A DNA stretch of 64,000 nt from Deltaproteobacteria bacterium (GCA_016218805.1 JACRCW010000157.1:1-64000); one strand, 5' to 3'. Shown: positions 48,172-61,367, numbered from the stretch's first letter. Made by a program: numbers and translations. Notes: a model not told the origin generated them from the sequence alone.

Positions 48172-49443
48172 ATGCGCCTGTCCGTCCTGTCCCTCGCCGT
48201 TCCGCTCTGGGCGGGTCTGTCCTTCCTCCTGCAGGCGTCCAGCTGCACCCCCACCAGTGGCGGCGATGACGGCGGCAGCAGCAGCGGCGCCCCGCAGCAC
48301 TTTTGCACCCAGGACACCGACTGCAACGAGTTTGAATCCTGCGTGGGCGGCGTGTGCCAGCGGCCGTGCGGCACCGATGACGTGTGCGAATGGACGGAGT
48401 TCTGCAACGGCTCCGGGTACTGCCAGCAGGGCTGCCGCGACACGCCCTCCTGTGACGACACCACCAAGCTGTGCGTGGACGGCGCGTGCGTGGACCGCAC
48501 CACGGTGGGCACCTGCGGCACCAAGGCGGACTGTGACGCCACCAAGGTCTGCACCGACGGGCAGTGCGTGAACCCGCCGGCCACCTGCAGCGGCCCGCAG
48601 GACTGCCCGGGCAGCGGGCAGTGCAACGGCTTCACGCACGCGTGCTTTGACCCGGCGGGTGACTGCACCGTTGCCGCGGACTGCAACGGCAAGCCCGGCT
48701 GCACGGAGGGCTGCACCTGCACCCAGGACCGCCGCTGCGTGGCCACGCCCACCTGCACGCTGACGGATGAAGCCACCGTGTGCGGCGTGAATTCCTACTG
48801 TGATACCGCGCAGAACCCGTCCCGCTGCGCGTCCTCACCCACCTGCCAGCGCCAGGCGGACTGTGACGCCGCGGCGTTGTCCTGCAACCGCACCACGCAC
48901 CTGTGTCTGCGCGCGCCCACCTGTTCGGGCGAGACGGACTGCACCGCGGCGGCGCCGTTCACCAAGTGCAACACGGCCGCCGGACACTGCCAGGAGCCCA
49001 CCTGCACCAACGGCGGCATCACCTGCAGCGGCACGGAGACGTGCGGCACGGACGGGCGCTGCTCACCCGGCGGCGCGCAGACGTGCACCACCAACACGGA
49101 TTGCCCCGCCACGCAGTACTGCGACAACGCCACGCTCACGTGCAAGACCGGCTGCCGCTCCGACGCCAACTGCAACGCCGCGGCGGGCGAGAAGTGCAAC
49201 AACGCGCACGCATGCGTGGTGGTCACCGGGACGGACGGCGGCAGCGCGGGTGGCGCCGGTGACGGTGAGGCGTGCCCCAACGGGGACGGGGACTGCCGCG
49301 TGGGGTACGCGTGCTCGCCGCTGCTGGGTGTGTGCCGCGAGCAGTGCACGTCCGCCTCCTGTCCGTGTCCGCAGACCGGGTACGGCTGCATTGGCGGGTT
49401 CTGCTCGCCGTTCCAGCAGCCGCCCACCGGTTGCACACCCTGA
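48172..49443 (+). CDS. Cys-rich repeat surface lipoprotein
   Basis: Signal ending ASSC; many CxxxxDC...C repeats over most of its length. Confidence 0.82.
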   Translation: MRLSVLSLAVPLWAGLSFLLQASSCTPTSGGDDGGSSSGAPQHFCTQDTDCNEFESCVGGVCQRPCGTDDVCEWTEFCNGSGYCQQGCRDTPSCDDTTKLCVDGACVDRTTVGTCGTKADCDATKVCTDGQCVNPPATCSGPQDCPGSGQCNGFTHACFDPAGDCTVAADCNGKPGCTEGCTCTQDRRCVATPTCTLTDEATVCGVNSYCDTAQNPSRCASSPTCQRQADCDAAALSCNRTTHLCLRAPTCSGETDCTAAAPFTKCNTAAGHCQEPTCTNGGITCSGTETCGTDGRCSPGGAQTCTTNTDCPATQYCDNATLTCKTGCRSDANCNAAAGEKCNNAHACVVVTGTDGGSAGGAGDGEACPNGDGDCRVGYACSPLLGVCREQCTSASCPCPQTGYGCIGGFCSPFQQPPTGCTP

Positions 49444-49492
49444 CAGGAACTTCAGCGCGCCGGGTGGTTCGGTCTAGGGTGGCGCCCTACCC

Positions 49493-51634
49493 ATGCTGCG
49501 CTCCGCGATCTCCCCCGTGGTGATCGGTCTGCTGGTGCTGGCCGCCTCCGCCGCCGCCGCCGAGGACCAGGACTTCACCGCGCAACGCTTCCGCCCGCTG
49601 TCTGATCCCCAGGCGCTGATACTCACCGAGACCGCCGATGTGCCCGCGCACCTGTCCTGGCACGTGGGCGGGTTTGCGGACTACGCGCACAACCCGCTGG
49701 TGGGCATCCGCTCCAGCGCCCCCCGGAAACTGGAAGGCCTGCTGGGGCACCGCTTTGGCGCCGAGGCCGGTGCGGGGCTGGGCCTGTTTGACGTGGTGCA
49801 GGTGGGCGCCACCATGCCAGTCAGCGCGCTGCAGTTGCGCACGGACGGGTCGCTGGCGCCGTCGTCGGACACGCTGGCGCACCTGGAGCCGGTGGGACCC
49901 GGTGACCTGCGCCTGCACGCCAAGGCGCGCTTCCTGCGGCAGGACCGGCACTTTGTCAGCGTTGCCCTCTCCGGTGACGTCACCCTCCCCACCAGCCTGG
50001 GCCTGGCCTACCGCGGCGAACGCTGGCCCACCTTCAGCCCCACGCTCGTGGCGTCACGGACGGCGTGGGGGCTGCGCGTGATGGGCAACGCCGGGCTGCG
50101 GCTGCGCGGTGAGCGGCTGGCTGGCACGCAGACCATGGCGGACGAAATCACCCTGCGCGCGGGGGCCGGGTACGACGTGGGCTACCACGTCAAGAAGGTG
50201 CGCCTGATGCCGTTCCTGGAGGCGCAGGCGTTCACCGGAACGGTCTACCCCTTTGGGGTGGGCGCGGGCCGGCGCGCCTGGGAAGGCCGCAGCGTGCCGC
50301 TGCAGAACGGGCTGGAGGTCCTGGGCGGCGTGCGCTGGGAGATTGTGGACGGGCTGCAACTGCTGGGCGGCATGTCCGTGGGACCGCTGGGCGGCGCGGG
50401 CGTGCCGGATTACCGCGTGTGGACCGGCCTGCGCTACGAGCGCGTCCACCGCGACCGCGACGAGGACCGCGTCCCCGACGCGGATGACCGCTGCCCGGAC
50501 ATCCCCGAGGACCGCGACGGCGTGTCCGACCACGACGGCTGCCCCGACGAGGACAACGACGGCGACCGCATTGCCGACGCGAACGACCTGTGCCCGGACC
50601 ACGCGGAGGACCTGGACGGGTTCCAGGATGATGACGGCTGCCCCGAGGTGGACAACGACGGCGACGGCGTCCCCGACCCGCGTGACCAGTGCCCCACCGA
50701 CGCCGGCGAGGCCGACAACCGGGGCTGCCCGGAGACGGATACTGACGGGGACGGCATCACGGATGCCTTGGACCGCTGCCCGCAGCAGCCCGAAGACGAC
50801 GACGGGTTCCAGGATACGGACGGCTGCCCGGATGAGGACGATGACGGCGACGGCATCCCGGACGCGGCGGACGGTTGCCCGTTTGACGCCGAGGACAAGG
50901 ACGCCTTCCAGGACGAAGACGGCTGCCCGGACCCGGACAACGACCAGGACACCGTGCCGGACTTCCAGGACGAGTGCCCCAACGAGGCGGCGCCGCCCGA
51001 CCGCGCCGCGCTGGGCGAGGGCTGCCCGGACCGCGACCAGGACGGCGACGGCGTGATGGACAGCGTGGACGGCTGCCCGGCCGACGCCGAGGACAAGGAC
51101 GGCTTCCAGGATGAGGACGGCTGCCCGGAGCCGGACAACGACCACGACGGCGTGCTGGACCCCACCGACAAGTGCCCCGACCAGCCGGAGACCATCAACG
51201 GCTACCAGGACGAAGACGGCTGCCCCGACCAGGGCCCAAGGTCACTGGTCACCGTGACCAAGGAGAAGCTGGTCATCCTGGAGAAGGTGTACTTTGTCAC
51301 CGCCAAGTCCACCATCCAGAAGCGCTCCTTCAACCTCCTCAACCAGGTGGCGCTCACCATCCTGGCGCACCCGGAGATCACGGAGATCGTCGTGGAGGGC
51401 CACACCGACAGCCAGGGCACCCGCGCATCCAACCTGGTCTTGAGTCAGAAGCGCTCGGAGAGCGTGCGCAAGTATCTGGTGGACAAGGGTGTGCCGGTAA
51501 GTTCGCTCAAGGCCGTGGGGTACGGCCCGGACCGCCCCGTGGGTGACAACAAGACGGCCGCAGGCCGGGAGCAGAACCGGCGCGTGGAGTTTGTGATTGT
51601 GCCGCCGCCGGAGCCGGGCGCGCCGGCGCAATGA
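49493..51634 (+). CDS. Outer-membrane protein: beta-barrel + thrombospondin type 3 repeats + OmpA C-terminal domain (TraB-like architecture)
   Basis: Signal peptide, beta-strand-rich N-half, DxDxDGxxDxxDxCP repeats, VEGHTDSQG, LSQKR, NRRVEF. Confidence 0.9.
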   Translation: MLRSAISPVVIGLLVLAASAAAAEDQDFTAQRFRPLSDPQALILTETADVPAHLSWHVGGFADYAHNPLVGIRSSAPRKLEGLLGHRFGAEAGAGLGLFDVVQVGATMPVSALQLRTDGSLAPSSDTLAHLEPVGPGDLRLHAKARFLRQDRHFVSVALSGDVTLPTSLGLAYRGERWPTFSPTLVASRTAWGLRVMGNAGLRLRGERLAGTQTMADEITLRAGAGYDVGYHVKKVRLMPFLEAQAFTGTVYPFGVGAGRRAWEGRSVPLQNGLEVLGGVRWEIVDGLQLLGGMSVGPLGGAGVPDYRVWTGLRYERVHRDRDEDRVPDADDRCPDIPEDRDGVSDHDGCPDEDNDGDRIADANDLCPDHAEDLDGFQDDDGCPEVDNDGDGVPDPRDQCPTDAGEADNRGCPETDTDGDGITDALDRCPQQPEDDDGFQDTDGCPDEDDDGDGIPDAADGCPFDAEDKDAFQDEDGCPDPDNDQDTVPDFQDECPNEAAPPDRAALGEGCPDRDQDGDGVMDSVDGCPADAEDKDGFQDEDGCPEPDNDHDGVLDPTDKCPDQPETINGYQDEDGCPDQGPRSLVTVTKEKLVILEKVYFVTAKSTIQKRSFNLLNQVALTILAHPEITEIVVEGHTDSQGTRASNLVLSQKRSESVRKYLVDKGVPVSSLKAVGYGPDRPVGDNKTAAGREQNRRVEFVIVPPPEPGAPAQ
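50450..51235 (+). repeat. Coding TSP3 (DxDxDG...CP...EDxDGFQDxDGCP) repeats
   Basis: Recurrent TTCCAGGAxGAxGACGGCTGCCC units in frame within the OmpA gene. Confidence 0.85.
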
Positions 51635-51646
51635 CACGGCGGGGCG

Positions 51647-52368
51647 CTACCACTCCAGGGTGCGCCCCACCGCCTTCAACGCGTCCCGCCTCCGGTCATA
51701 GTCCGGCATCACCCGCCCCAGCGCCGCCCAGAACTCCGGCCCGTGCGTGTCGTGCTGCAGGTGCACCACCTCGTGCGCCACCACGTAGTCCACCAGTGAT
51801 GGCGCCGCCTGGATGATTCTCCAGTTGAACCGCAGCACGCCGTTGAGGTCGCAGCTTCCCCAGCGCTTCTGCTGCTCCCGGATGACGACGCCGCCGATGT
51901 GGACGCCCACCTTCCGGGCCCAGTGTGCCGCCCTCTCGGTCAGCCGGACCTCCGCGTGGCGGCGGTACCATTCCACCAGCACCCGCCGGACAGCCCGCGC
52001 GTCCGCATCCTTGGCCACGCCCACCTCCAGGAAGCGTCCCCGCAAGGCCACCGCCGGACGCGTCTCCCCGTTCAGCAACCGCAGCCGGAACTGGCGGCCC
52101 AGGTATGTGCACGTTTCCCCGTTGACGAACTCGCGCACGGCCAGCGGCGCGGTGAACGGCCGCGCCGACCGCAGCGCCTGCACGATCCACGCGGCCTTGG
52201 CGTGGACCACGGTGTCCAGTCGCGCCACCGGGGTGGCCGCGGGCGCGGTGAGGACCACGCCGTCCTCCGCGTCCACTGCGATGGACACCGTGCCGCGGCG
52301 TGCACTGCGGCGGATGGCGTACGCAATGGCCGTGTTCCCCCACCGGATCTCCGAGCGCTCCGCCGCCC

Positions 52369-52372
<4 letters not shown>
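51647..52372 (-). CDS. M48/YgjP (DUF45) family metallo-hydrolase associated with Type I R-M
   Basis: KRWGSC, FNWRII, DYVVAHEVVH (HExxH), H..EFW; ATGA-coupled to hsdR. Confidence 0.9.
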
Positions 52373-55397
<3,025 letters not shown>

Positions 55398-55401
<4 letters not shown>

Positions 55402-55925
55402 GGAGTTCCCGGGCCGCGAATCGGCGCACTGACGAGGCGGATTCCCAGCGTCCTCATCATCTCGAACAGCGTCACAGTGCCGACCCCGACGAGGAGCGCG
55501 ACATCGGGAATCCTCACTTTCGTGGTGGAGCGCGGGGCCGGTTCCTCATGCGTGACCAGGATGTGCTGATGTGCAAGGCAGTACGCGATCAGCCACGGGT
55601 CCGCGCCGCTCCTGAAGCTCTCAATCGACGCATACACGTACGGCGGGACTCGCGCCGCCATGGCGGCATCGACGCGCTTCATGGCGAGCTGGGTCGCAGG
55701 ATCATCGTTGGGCTTCACCAGCATGGCGGCGTGGGTCTGCATCCATTGTGCGAGCTGGTCCTGGGCGCCGGGGTGGACGATTTCTCGCCTTACCTCGTCG
55801 ATGGTGATGACCTGTCCCGTTGCAGCGTGCGCTGCCAGCGAGTCCCAGAAACCCGGCACAAGGTCGGCGGGGTAGTAGCGCTGGTGCGCTTGAATGAAAG
55901 CACTTGAGTCAACGCAGAAGGCCAT
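55398..55925 (-). CDS. DUF4411-like PIN-domain protein
   Basis: CVDSSAFIQA..RYYP....PGFWD, ADPWLIAY, LVTHE, KVRIPDV. Confidence 0.85.
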
Positions 55926-55926
55926 T

Positions 55927-57108
55927 TCAGGGTTCCGCACGACTCGCGTTCGCGAGCTTGTCGATGACCGAGGGCTTCACCCCCAGGAGCCGCCCGGCGT
56001 CGCGGTAGAGCAGGTTCCCCGCGACCGTCGCCCGGACGACCTCTTCGGTGAACCGGCGGCCGTTGCGCAGCCGGACCATCAACAGCGCGCCCGGCCCGCC
56101 GTCCCGCTCCTTCTGCGTTGCCTTCTGGCTCCGGTGGAACTGCATCACCTCGGCGAAGAACTCCCGGTATGCCTCGCGCGTGATGCGCCCCAGCTCGAAG
56201 GCCCGCCGGACGACGACCAGCGTGCTCACGCGGAACTTCGCGGCCAGCGTCCGCGCCGTGTCCTCCAGGACGCCACCGTCCACCCACGCTGCCATGAACT
56301 CCGCGCGGGGCACTAGGAACTCAGCGGCCACGCGATCACAAAAGGCCTCCGCGTCCGCCACTTCCGGCGGCCGCTCCGCTTCCAGGTCAGGACGGGAGAC
56401 ACCGGTCTCCGCGCGCCAGATGTGCGTGAGCTCGTGGATGAGCGTGAAGGTCTGCGCTGCCTTGGCATCCGCCGTGTTGATGAACACCAGCGGTGCCTGG
56501 TCATCCGACAGCGCGAAGCCGCGGAACATCTCAACGTCCAGCGGCCTGCTCGTGTTGGCTCCGACCGTGGACGACCGGAGGACGAGGATGCCCGCCTCTT
56601 CCGCCAGCTCGACCAAGCCCTTCAGGAGGTCCTCGTTGTTGCGCGCGCCCTCTCGGAGCGCGGCCGTGTGTCCAAGCGTCTGCGCAATGTCCTGTGCCAC
56701 GGCGGCCGCGTCCGCGGAGAACCGCACGGCTCCCACAAAGGAAAGCGCGGGCTCACCCGCTTGCAGCCGATGCTCCCGGTACCAGCCCTGCTTCCGGACG
56801 GCATCGTTGTACACGTCCAACAGGGCCGGATCCGGCTGACGACGCTGTCCGCCAACGGTGCGCAGGTCCGGGAGCGCCTGCGTTTCCAATGGCGGCCTGT
56901 CCAGGAACAGGGAGGCGAACGGGATGTGAAGGATGTGCGCGAGCTTCCGCGCCTGCACGAAGGTGGGCTTCTCCTCGCCGGCTTCCCACGCACGCACCCG
57001 GTCCGGCCCACCGGCGGCTGCGAGCTTCTCTGCAATGGCGTCCTCATCCAGCCCGCCGCGGCGGATAGCCCACTGGAGGACTGCCGGGTTGATGAGTGCC
57101 TCCGTCAT
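55927..57108 (-). CDS. XRE-HTH + ImmA/IrrE (M78) metallopeptidase fusion
   Basis: INPAVLQWA...WEAGEEKPTFVQ (HTH), LPDLR, FRGFAL, FTLIHELTH (HExxH), EAFCDRVAAEFLVP. Confidence 0.9.
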   Translation of the reverse strand: MTEALINPAVLQWAIRRGGLDEDAIAEKLAAAGGPDRVRAWEAGEEKPTFVQARKLAHILHIPFASLFLDRPPLETQALPDLRTVGGQRRQPDPALLDVYNDAVRKQGWYREHRLQAGEPALSFVGAVRFSADAAAVAQDIAQTLGHTAALREGARNNEDLLKGLVELAEEAGILVLRSSTVGANTSRPLDVEMFRGFALSDDQAPLVFINTADAKAAQTFTLIHELTHIWRAETGVSRPDLEAERPPEVADAEAFCDRVAAEFLVPRAEFMAAWVDGGVLEDTARTLAAKFRVSTLVVVRRAFELGRITREAYREFFAEVMQFHRSQKATQKERDGGPGALLMVRLRNGRRFTEEVVRATVAGNLLYRDAGRLLGVKPSVIDKLANASRAEP

Positions 57109-57377
57109 CGTTCACCTCCATGGGTGCCAAGCGGAGGCTTGGCTCGCTTTGCCGCGACCCACGCCTCCAACTCCGCGACCTTGCGCTCAACTTCCCGCAA
57201 GGCGGGCTCATCCTCCGGCGTGACGCGTGGCGATAGGACCCGCAGTTGTCGCGTCAGGACGACGAACTCAGCGGTGTCCTGCTCGTTCGGGCTGAGACTC
57301 AGTCGCCGCAACAGCTCGATTCGCCTCACTGCGATCTCGCGGGCTTCCTCCTCCAATGCACGCGGGTCGTTCGCCAT
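57105..57377 (-). CDS. Small helical hypothetical protein (90 aa)
   Basis: GGAGGT before ATG at 57377; ATGA overlap with the HTH-ImmA gene. Confidence 0.6.
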   Translation of the reverse strand: MANDPRALEEEAREIAVRRIELLRRLSLSPNEQDTAEFVVLTRQLRVLSPRVTPEDEPALREVERKVAELEAWVAAKRAKPPLGTHGGER

Positions 57378-57564
57378 CGCCCTACCTCCCCACCTGGTCC
57401 CCACCCGCCATCCTTGTTGCCGGCGCCTCCCGCGAGACAACTTGGCTGCCCGGCTGGACCAACAGTACGCCAACCTCCTGCACGTTTTCCAAGACACGCG
57501 CTGCCAATCCACGGTCGGCGAACCCGGACCCCAACGGAGTACCTCGCTTGACTTCACCGGGGGG

Positions 57565-58188
57565 TCATCGGGCCGCTCTCGTTTCACCGGCAATAGCCTG
57601 GACCTTGGAACAGAAGTAGCGGAATGACGGAGACCCACTCTTCCTCGTGGCCAAGCCGAGGACGCTGCCCATTTCCGCCGCCCACGCGACCTTGGCTTCG
57701 TAGTCCGCGCCAATGACGCGCTGGAACAACTCCCACGTCCCTCCTGCTTCCTCTTCGTCGTGATCCCGCAGCAGGCGCAGATTCGCGCCTGGGAATGCCC
57801 GCTGAATGGCGGCCGGTTCCCCGAGATAGAACGCTTCAATCTCCTTCACGGCAATGCAGATCGCCTCCGGAAGCGCAGGACAACAGGCCCGCCACATGGC
57901 TCGGATACGCCTCTTCAAGGAAGCGCAGTCCTCCTCATCGGCATCGACGAGGATCACCACCCGCTCGGCGTCTGGGCGTAGCGTGCGTTGCCAAGCGCGG
58001 AGCTTCGCGGGCAACTGGTCGAGCAGTCCCTGGCGCCTGGGATCCGGCGCATCCCTGAAGTTCTCTCGAAGACGCCCCTTCCCCTGGTGCGGATGGACGA
58101 CCCACGTGTGCGCGGGGAACATCCGCCGCAACCAGGGTTCCAGCAGCGCCGCGTCGGACGCGCCCTCCACCAGTACGTGAACCCTCAC
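57565..58188 (-). CDS. DUF4276-like TOPRIM-fold protein
   Basis: VLVEGASD, ILVDAD (DxD), VKEIEAFYLG; GTGA overlap with the ATPase. Confidence 0.8.
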   Translation of the reverse strand: MRVHVLVEGASDAALLEPWLRRMFPAHTWVVHPHQGKGRLRENFRDAPDPRRQGLLDQLPAKLRAWQRTLRPDAERVVILVDADEEDCASLKRRIRAMWRACCPALPEAICIAVKEIEAFYLGEPAAIQRAFPGANLRLLRDHDEEEAGGTWELFQRVIGADYEAKVAWAAEMGSVLGLATRKSGSPSFRYFCSKVQAIAGETRAAR

Positions 58189-59405
58189 AGCGACACCCGT
58201 GTCCCGAAATGCCCGCTGAACCACAGGCTCCCCAGCGGCAGGCCCTCGTCCGTCATCGCGCTCACTTCCGGCAGGTCGGATGCACGGGTCGCCCTTGTGA
58301 AGCCTTTCGCGTCCTTCTGCAGCAACCACACCTGGTCCGCCTTCAACATGTCCACGAACAGCGGCGCGTGGGTGGTGAGAAGCAACTGGGTCTTGGCGTC
58401 CTCCGGCATGGTGTGGCTGAGGAACTCCAGCGCCAGCGGCCCGAAAAGCTGGTGATAGAGCCCATTCTCGGGCTCCTCCAGGACCACGAACCTTGGCGGT
58501 TGCGGGTCCAGGAGCAGCAGCAGGTACGCGAACATCTTCAGCGTCCCGTCGGACATGCTCTGCTGGAAGAAAGGATCCTGAAAGCCTTTCTCGTTGAACT
58601 CGAGGAGCAGGCGCCCGTCGGGGCTGACCTTTGTCTTGATGCCGCTGAGTCCGGGTATCGCCTTCGCAATGTGGCCCAGGGCGCTCTTCACCGCAGCGGG
58701 GTGCTTGCGCTCGAGATACTGGAGCACGTTGCCGATGTTGCTCCCATCCCGGTTGAGGTGCTTCTGGGCGCCGGCAGGCGGCAACGCCCGCGCCGCATCA
58801 GGTACGAAGTACGAGAGGTACCAGTCCTGGATGTACGCGCGCATGCCGGCAATGCGGGGATGGTCCTTCAAGATGCCAAGGCTGGCCACGCCGAGGGTTG
58901 CCCGGTCGGACTTCACCACGGCGCGCTTCGCACCCTTGTCGCCCGGTACCGCGTTCTCAGGCCACGCCACCCCCTTGCCCTCTTTGATGTGGACGAACTG
59001 AATGGGCCTGCCCCGAGCACCCTCCGTTCTGCCCTGGAGGAGCGACTCTTCCTCCACGTAGGGGATGCCGCCTTTCGCTGTGACGGAGAAACTGTAGGTG
59101 ATGGGGCGCGCCTTGGGAGTCTCGCGGAAGTTGAGGTGGAACTTGATCGAGCCGTTGCTCCCCTGGGTCCTCAGCCGCTGAAAGCCGCCTCGCTGCGGCT
59201 TGTCGCACGCGGCCTCCACGCCCTCCTTCAGAGTGTCCGCAATGAACCCGAGCGCATCCAGCACCGTAGACTTGCCGCTCCCATTGGCGCCGATGAGGCA
59301 CGCAAGGCCCGGCAGTTCGTCGCCTTGGTTCCACTTCACCTTCCCGAGCGAGACGTCCGCCAGAGAGCGATAGTTCTGGACCCGCAATCCCAAGAGCTTG
59401 GCCAC
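58185..59405 (-). CDS. ABC-type ATPase (AAA_21/AAA_15-like)
   Basis: VQNYRSL, GANGSGKST, MSDGTLK, LEEPENGL, TTHAP. Confidence 0.92.
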   Translation of the reverse strand: MAKLLGLRVQNYRSLADVSLGKVKWNQGDELPGLACLIGANGSGKSTVLDALGFIADTLKEGVEAACDKPQRGGFQRLRTQGSNGSIKFHLNFRETPKARPITYSFSVTAKGGIPYVEEESLLQGRTEGARGRPIQFVHIKEGKGVAWPENAVPGDKGAKRAVVKSDRATLGVASLGILKDHPRIAGMRAYIQDWYLSYFVPDAARALPPAGAQKHLNRDGSNIGNVLQYLERKHPAAVKSALGHIAKAIPGLSGIKTKVSPDGRLLLEFNEKGFQDPFFQQSMSDGTLKMFAYLLLLLDPQPPRFVVLEEPENGLYHQLFGPLALEFLSHTMPEDAKTQLLLTTHAPLFVDMLKADQVWLLQKDAKGFTRATRASDLPEVSAMTDEGLPLGSLWFSGHFGTRVSL

Positions 59406-59459
59406 GTTTACCTCCGATCACAGTCCGCGCACGTACCGCCTACGGGCGCCGCATTTCCG

Positions 59460-61204
59460 TCACGGCGTGGATACCCCGCTCGTCGCGCTCTTGGCCACGT
59501 CGACAATACGATCAAGTACCGCCACCACCCCATCCGCGATGAGTTCCCGCGGCACGTACGCCGCAAGCACATGGTAGTCCGACTTCCGCATCAGGTTGGG
59601 CAGGCTAAGAGCGGTGAAGAACGTCTCCATGAGCGGGTCCAGGAACTCGTCGCTCGCCTTCACCTTCGTCCACCAGGAATCCGCCCGGTCCCGAAGCGCT
59701 GCCGGCGGCACGCGCCCCTCCACCGCGTCCTTCATGGCGCCCCGGAAGCGGCCGTGTTCGGTGCCAGCGAACAAAGGTCCATCCGCACGCTGCTCTCCAA
59801 GCGAGCCCGCGTACGCCAGCAGGGCCTCTGGGAAGCAGAGGTAGTTCTCAATCTCCCGCTTTGACCACCGGTGAGACCGCAGTGGCCCATGGGCCGGCCC
59901 TCCGGGCGGGCCTCAGCGGGCTCGCGCGGATCGGTATCAAGGATGATCAGGCCGCGGAGATCCGGCCTCGCCGCGCGCAGGCCAAAGAAGTGATGCCGCG
60001 CGGCGGTTTCCGTGTTTCCCACGTAGTGTACGTACGGCCGTTCCAGCTCTGTTGCCGCGGCGTGTCCTAGCGTCGCGGCGAAGGCGCGGAGGATGGCCAG
60101 GTCCGTTGAACCTTCAAGGTACAGGACCCATCCCTTCAGCTCGGCCTGGAGATAGTGCTCAAACCCGATGTCCTTGAGCGCCTTGGCAACCTGTGATCCG
60201 CGGTCATCAATCCGATGGGGCGTTCCCACAAATGCGACGACGACATCCCGGTCCGCCGCTTCGTTCAGCAGCACCTCCGAGTGGCTGGCGGCGATGAGCT
60301 GGGAACCGGTGTCCCGCGCGACATCGGTCAGCAACTGGTAGATTTCGCGCTGCCTGAGGATCTCCAAGTGTGCATCCGGCTCATCCAGCAAGACCACGGT
60401 GCCCGGGTTGGACAGCATGTACGACAAGAGCAACAGCGTCTGCTGCAGTCCGCGCCCGGCCGCGGAGAGGTCCAGTTCGATCTTGCCCTCGCGATAGGCC
60501 ATGGACAGTTCACCGCGATCCCGGTTGTGAACGGGAGGAAGCAACTCCACGCCAAAGAGGCGCTGGGTGTGTGCCGCGAGCTTCTCCCATCGCTCCGGGA
60601 CGTCGTGAACCGCCGCGCAGATGTTCCGCAGCACCTCGGCCGTGCGTCCTTCGCCCACGCGGACGCGGATGGCACCTGGCTCAAGCCGCGTCTCGTTGGC
60701 CACCAGCCCGGACATGGGCGGGAGGAACGCAACGCGGGTCGCCAGCGCATCCTCAGGCACTGCGGGTGTGGCGTCGGTTTCCATGACCGGCCTCGCATAG
60801 ACCACTTCACTGTTGGAACGCTCCAACTCCATGGTGCAGTGCCACGTGCTCCCGTTGGTGACGCCCTCCACGCCAATCTCGATGCAGACGTTGCTGACCT
60901 TGGCCTTGCCGCTGCTCCGGTCCACTTCGCGCACCTTCAGGTCCCGCCACAGCAACTCCGTGACCGGGATGGGCAGCGTCATCAGGTCTTTCCTGTTCAG
61001 CGCGACACCCACCTTCTTCTTGGTGGGCGGACGCGTTCCCCGCTGCTCATGCCACTTCCGGACCGCGTGCTCCCAAAGCGGCAGCGCCTGGAGGGCAGAA
61101 GTCTTCCCCGAGTTGTTGGGGCCGATGAAGACGACCGTCTGCCCCAGTTCAATGGAGACGTCGGAAAACCGCTTGAAGTTCCGGATGACCAAGCGACTGA
61201 GCAT
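59460..61204 (-). pseudogene. OLD-like ABC ATPase-TOPRIM fusion, frameshifted near 59880-59912
   Basis: GPNNSGKTS, LLDEPDAHL, ASHSE, LYLEGSTD and LDTD in one frame; WSKREIENYLC and the C-terminus in the frame ending at 59460. Confidence 0.8.
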
Positions 61205-61205
61205 G

Positions 61206-61367
61206 TCACCATCCCCGGCGCTCGCGCGCCTCCGCCAACGGTGGACGGGTTACCACCCACTGAAGGAACAGGGCTATGCCGTTGCCCATCACACCCTCGC
61301 AGTTGACCGTGTTGACCAGCGCGTCAGCAGGGGCGTCGAGCTGGTTTCCGGCGGTAGCAGGGAGCAT
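61206..61367 (-). pseudogene. Truncated DarG-type macrodomain N-terminus (53 codons)
   Basis: Manual translation [37 protein letters not shown]...; AAGGA upstream; below the ORF-track size cut-off. Confidence 0.75.

Noticed and set aside
48172..49443. Calling this gene traA
   Set aside because: No PA14-like variable domain or MYXO-CTERM visible, so no gene symbol assigned.
50450..51235. Regularly recurring DNA repeats resembling a CRISPR array
   Set aside because: Degenerate at third codon positions and in frame as TSP3 protein repeats; no cas genes seen.
51600..51700. Attachment site or target duplication at the island edge
   Set aside because: No tRNA, integrase or direct repeat visible; the other boundary is outside the window.
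57105..57839. 244-aa version of the small ORF
   Set aside because: The extension overlaps the DUF4276-like gene and reads as non-coding; the SD supports ATG at 57377.
59460..59774. Independent 104-aa gene
   Set aside because: It is the out-of-frame C-terminus of the ATPase-TOPRIM gene; the frame extends upstream through the REIENY motif.
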